Below are positions 62,847 to 64,000 of a DNA stretch of 64,000 nucleotides, one piece after another; the stretch's first letter is position 1; each line of letters begins with the position of its first letter. A program made the position numbers and the translations under genes. The stretch covers positions 3,422-67,421 of the forward strand of contig DCHG01000067.1 of NCBI GenBank assembly GCA_002315595.1, read 5' to 3'. Origin of the DNA: Clostridiales bacterium UBA1758 (GTDB taxonomy: Bacteria > Bacillota > Clostridia > Oscillospirales > UBA1758). The notes beneath the pieces were generated by a model. It was not told the DNA's origin and did not search any database. It worked only from the letters and a program-made list of their open reading frames with translations.

Positions 62847-63667
62847 GGAAGTCTCCTGGTTTTGTGTTTTTTTCGGTGGTTTTTCACGGAATATCCCGTC
62901 CAAGATAGGGCGAGCAACCCGACACCGGTATTTTTCATTGTTGTCGGAAGGGAATTGAGAATTCCGTCGCTTTTTGTCGGAGCATCACCGACGAGGATCG
63001 AGACTTCGACTTCGGCGTGCATACCGCAGGCATCTGCGCAAATTCGGGCTTTCCCGGAAGAAACGGCGGTCAACAACGCACCGTTGTCCTGCGCCCTGAG
63101 ATTTATTTTTTCGGTGCCGTGGGCGATGCTCCATACGATCTCGCCGGGATCGGCGTCGTCGGGCGTGCATCGGAGTGCAAGCGAAAGGCTTTCGCCGACG
63201 GAGATCGTATTCGACGGCATGGAGATGAAAATCTCATCGGGTGTGCATTTGTCGACGATAATGACGGCTTCGGCGAATAAACCGCCGCTTTCGACATGAA
63301 CGGTCGCGGAACCCTCGGACAAGGCGCGCACACTGCCGTGACGACCGGTGCCGACGAGGTCGATATGCTCACCGCCTTCAAGGACATTCCATTCAAGCAT
63401 CGAAAGATCGGCGTCAAACGGCGCCGAAGTGACATGGAGCGAAAGATCTTCACCGACACGGATGTGATACTGTACTTTCGAAAAGGAAATCGAGGTGACG
63501 ACCGACTGTTCGGAAAAGACGGTCATATCGTCATAAAAACGATGTTCCCCGCCAAGACCGCGTACATACGGTGAGACATCGGGAAATGAATAGGATTCGG
63601 GAATATCCTCATATGCTCCCGCGGAGCCGACGAGGAAAATTGCCAAAATTGCCGTGATAATTTTCAA
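62843..63667 (-). CDS. Secreted protein with Big_2-like (bacterial Ig-like) domains and a basic C-terminal tail
   Basis: GAGGA lies 6 nt before TTG 63667. Signal peptide MKIITAILAIFLVGSAGA. Two repeats of about 80 aa (ISVGESLSL...; IRVGEDLSLHVTS...). Its stop overlaps the znuA start by 4 nt. Confidence 0.65.
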   Translation of the reverse strand: MKIITAILAIFLVGSAGAYEDIPESYSFPDVSPYVRGLGGEHRFYDDMTVFSEQSVVTSISFSKVQYHIRVGEDLSLHVTSAPFDADLSMLEWNVLEGGEHIDLVGTGRHGSVRALSEGSATVHVESGGLFAEAVIIVDKCTPDEIFISMPSNTISVGESLSLALRCTPDDADPGEIVWSIAHGTEKINLRAQDNGALLTAVSSGKARICADACGMHAEVEVSILVGDAPTKSDGILNSLPTTMKNTGVGLLALSWTGYSVKNHRKKHKTRRLP

Positions 63668-63733
63668 AAAGAGTCCTCATTTCATCGTTTTCGAATATTA
63701 TCGGTGAAATGAGTGCGGATTATTCGGCGATTG

Positions 63734-64000
63734 TTATTTGTAGTCGACGGCTTCAAACGAGCCGGTTTTGATGAAGTTCAGGACTTCGGGAAGCGCGGAT
63801 GCCGCCGCAGCAGAATCGGGGAAATACAGTGTCACTGTGCCGGATGCGGTGGAAAGTTTGTTTTTGGCACTGCGCAGGATTTGGTTTGCGGTGCTTCCTC
63901 CGATGATGAGATCGGGCAGGAAGGAAAGAAAGCCTGCGCGGGCAAGATCACCGAAATCCGCGCCGTCGGCATATACCGAACGCGTACGCGTTTTTGCCAT
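63734..64000 (-). CDS. C-terminal end of an unidentified protein, probably truncated by the window edge
   Basis: The ORF runs to nt 64000. I recognise no motif. Confidence 0.4.
   Translation of the reverse strand: MAKTRTRSVYADGADFGDLARAGFLSFLPDLIIGGSTANQILRSAKNKLSTASGTVTLYFPDSAAAASALPEVLNFIKTGSFEAVDYK

Noticed and set aside
62846-62960. Sortase sorting signal at the C-terminus of the Ig-like protein
   Set aside because: The motif is LPTTM rather than LPxTG, and the hydrophobic stretch is short and interrupted. I have noted it as degenerate only and do not annotate it as a cell-wall anchor.
63668-63733. Zur box upstream of the zinc operon
   Set aside because: The AT-rich segment CGATAATATTCGAAAACGA only loosely resembles the Firmicute Zur palindrome (TCGTAAT-n-ATTACGA). 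I cannot call it without a genome-wide motif.
1-64000. Window-wide scan for CRISPR arrays, transposases, integrases, phage genes, toxin-antitoxin pairs, restriction-modification or other defence systems, and rRNA
   Set aside because: I saw no spaced direct repeats, no recombinase, nuclease or reverse-transcriptase-like ORFs and no rRNA-like sequence. The only repeats are the intragenic SLH modules and the tandem 274-aa paralogues.

Overview
The window looks like chromosomal DNA from a spore-forming Firmicute, probably a Clostridia or Oscillospiraceae-like gut organism. Supporting evidence is gpr, an SLH-anchored surface protein, a T-box upstream of thrS, a Bce-type peptide-resistance module and ECF S-components. 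It is densely coding, with about 60 credible CDSs, one tRNA-Ser(CGA), many clear rho-independent terminators and several consensus sigma-A promoters. I found no rRNA, CRISPR array, transposase, integrase, phage gene or recognisable defence or toxin system. Housekeeping islands are rpsT/gpr, rpsF-ssb-rpsR, tadA, thrS and ybaK. Between them lie accessory blocks: a polar amino-acid ABC operon ending in an M20 amidohydrolase, a BceRS-AB module, a NitT/TauT-type ABC system next to a Crp/Fnr regulator, a znuABC-like operon led by an Ig-like surface protein, a heterodimeric multidrug ABC exporter, and at least four glycoside-hydrolase loci. The best candidate for something undescribed is a compact 7-gene minus-strand operon (29535-37452). 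It joins GH127, a PfkB kinase and a Gfo/Idh/MocA oxidoreductase to four proteins I cannot place functionally: a 642-aa protein, two tandem 274-aa paralogues and a small tail-anchored protein. It has its own promoter with an overlapping palindrome. Other points worth follow-up are an unclassified terminator/antiterminator leader before an ECF S-component, a leader-peptide attenuator before the ABC exporter, a PyrR-like attenuator before a uracil permease, two unannotated small ORFs and a signal-less DUF11 protein. All family calls come from motif recognition by eye and none has been checked against a database.
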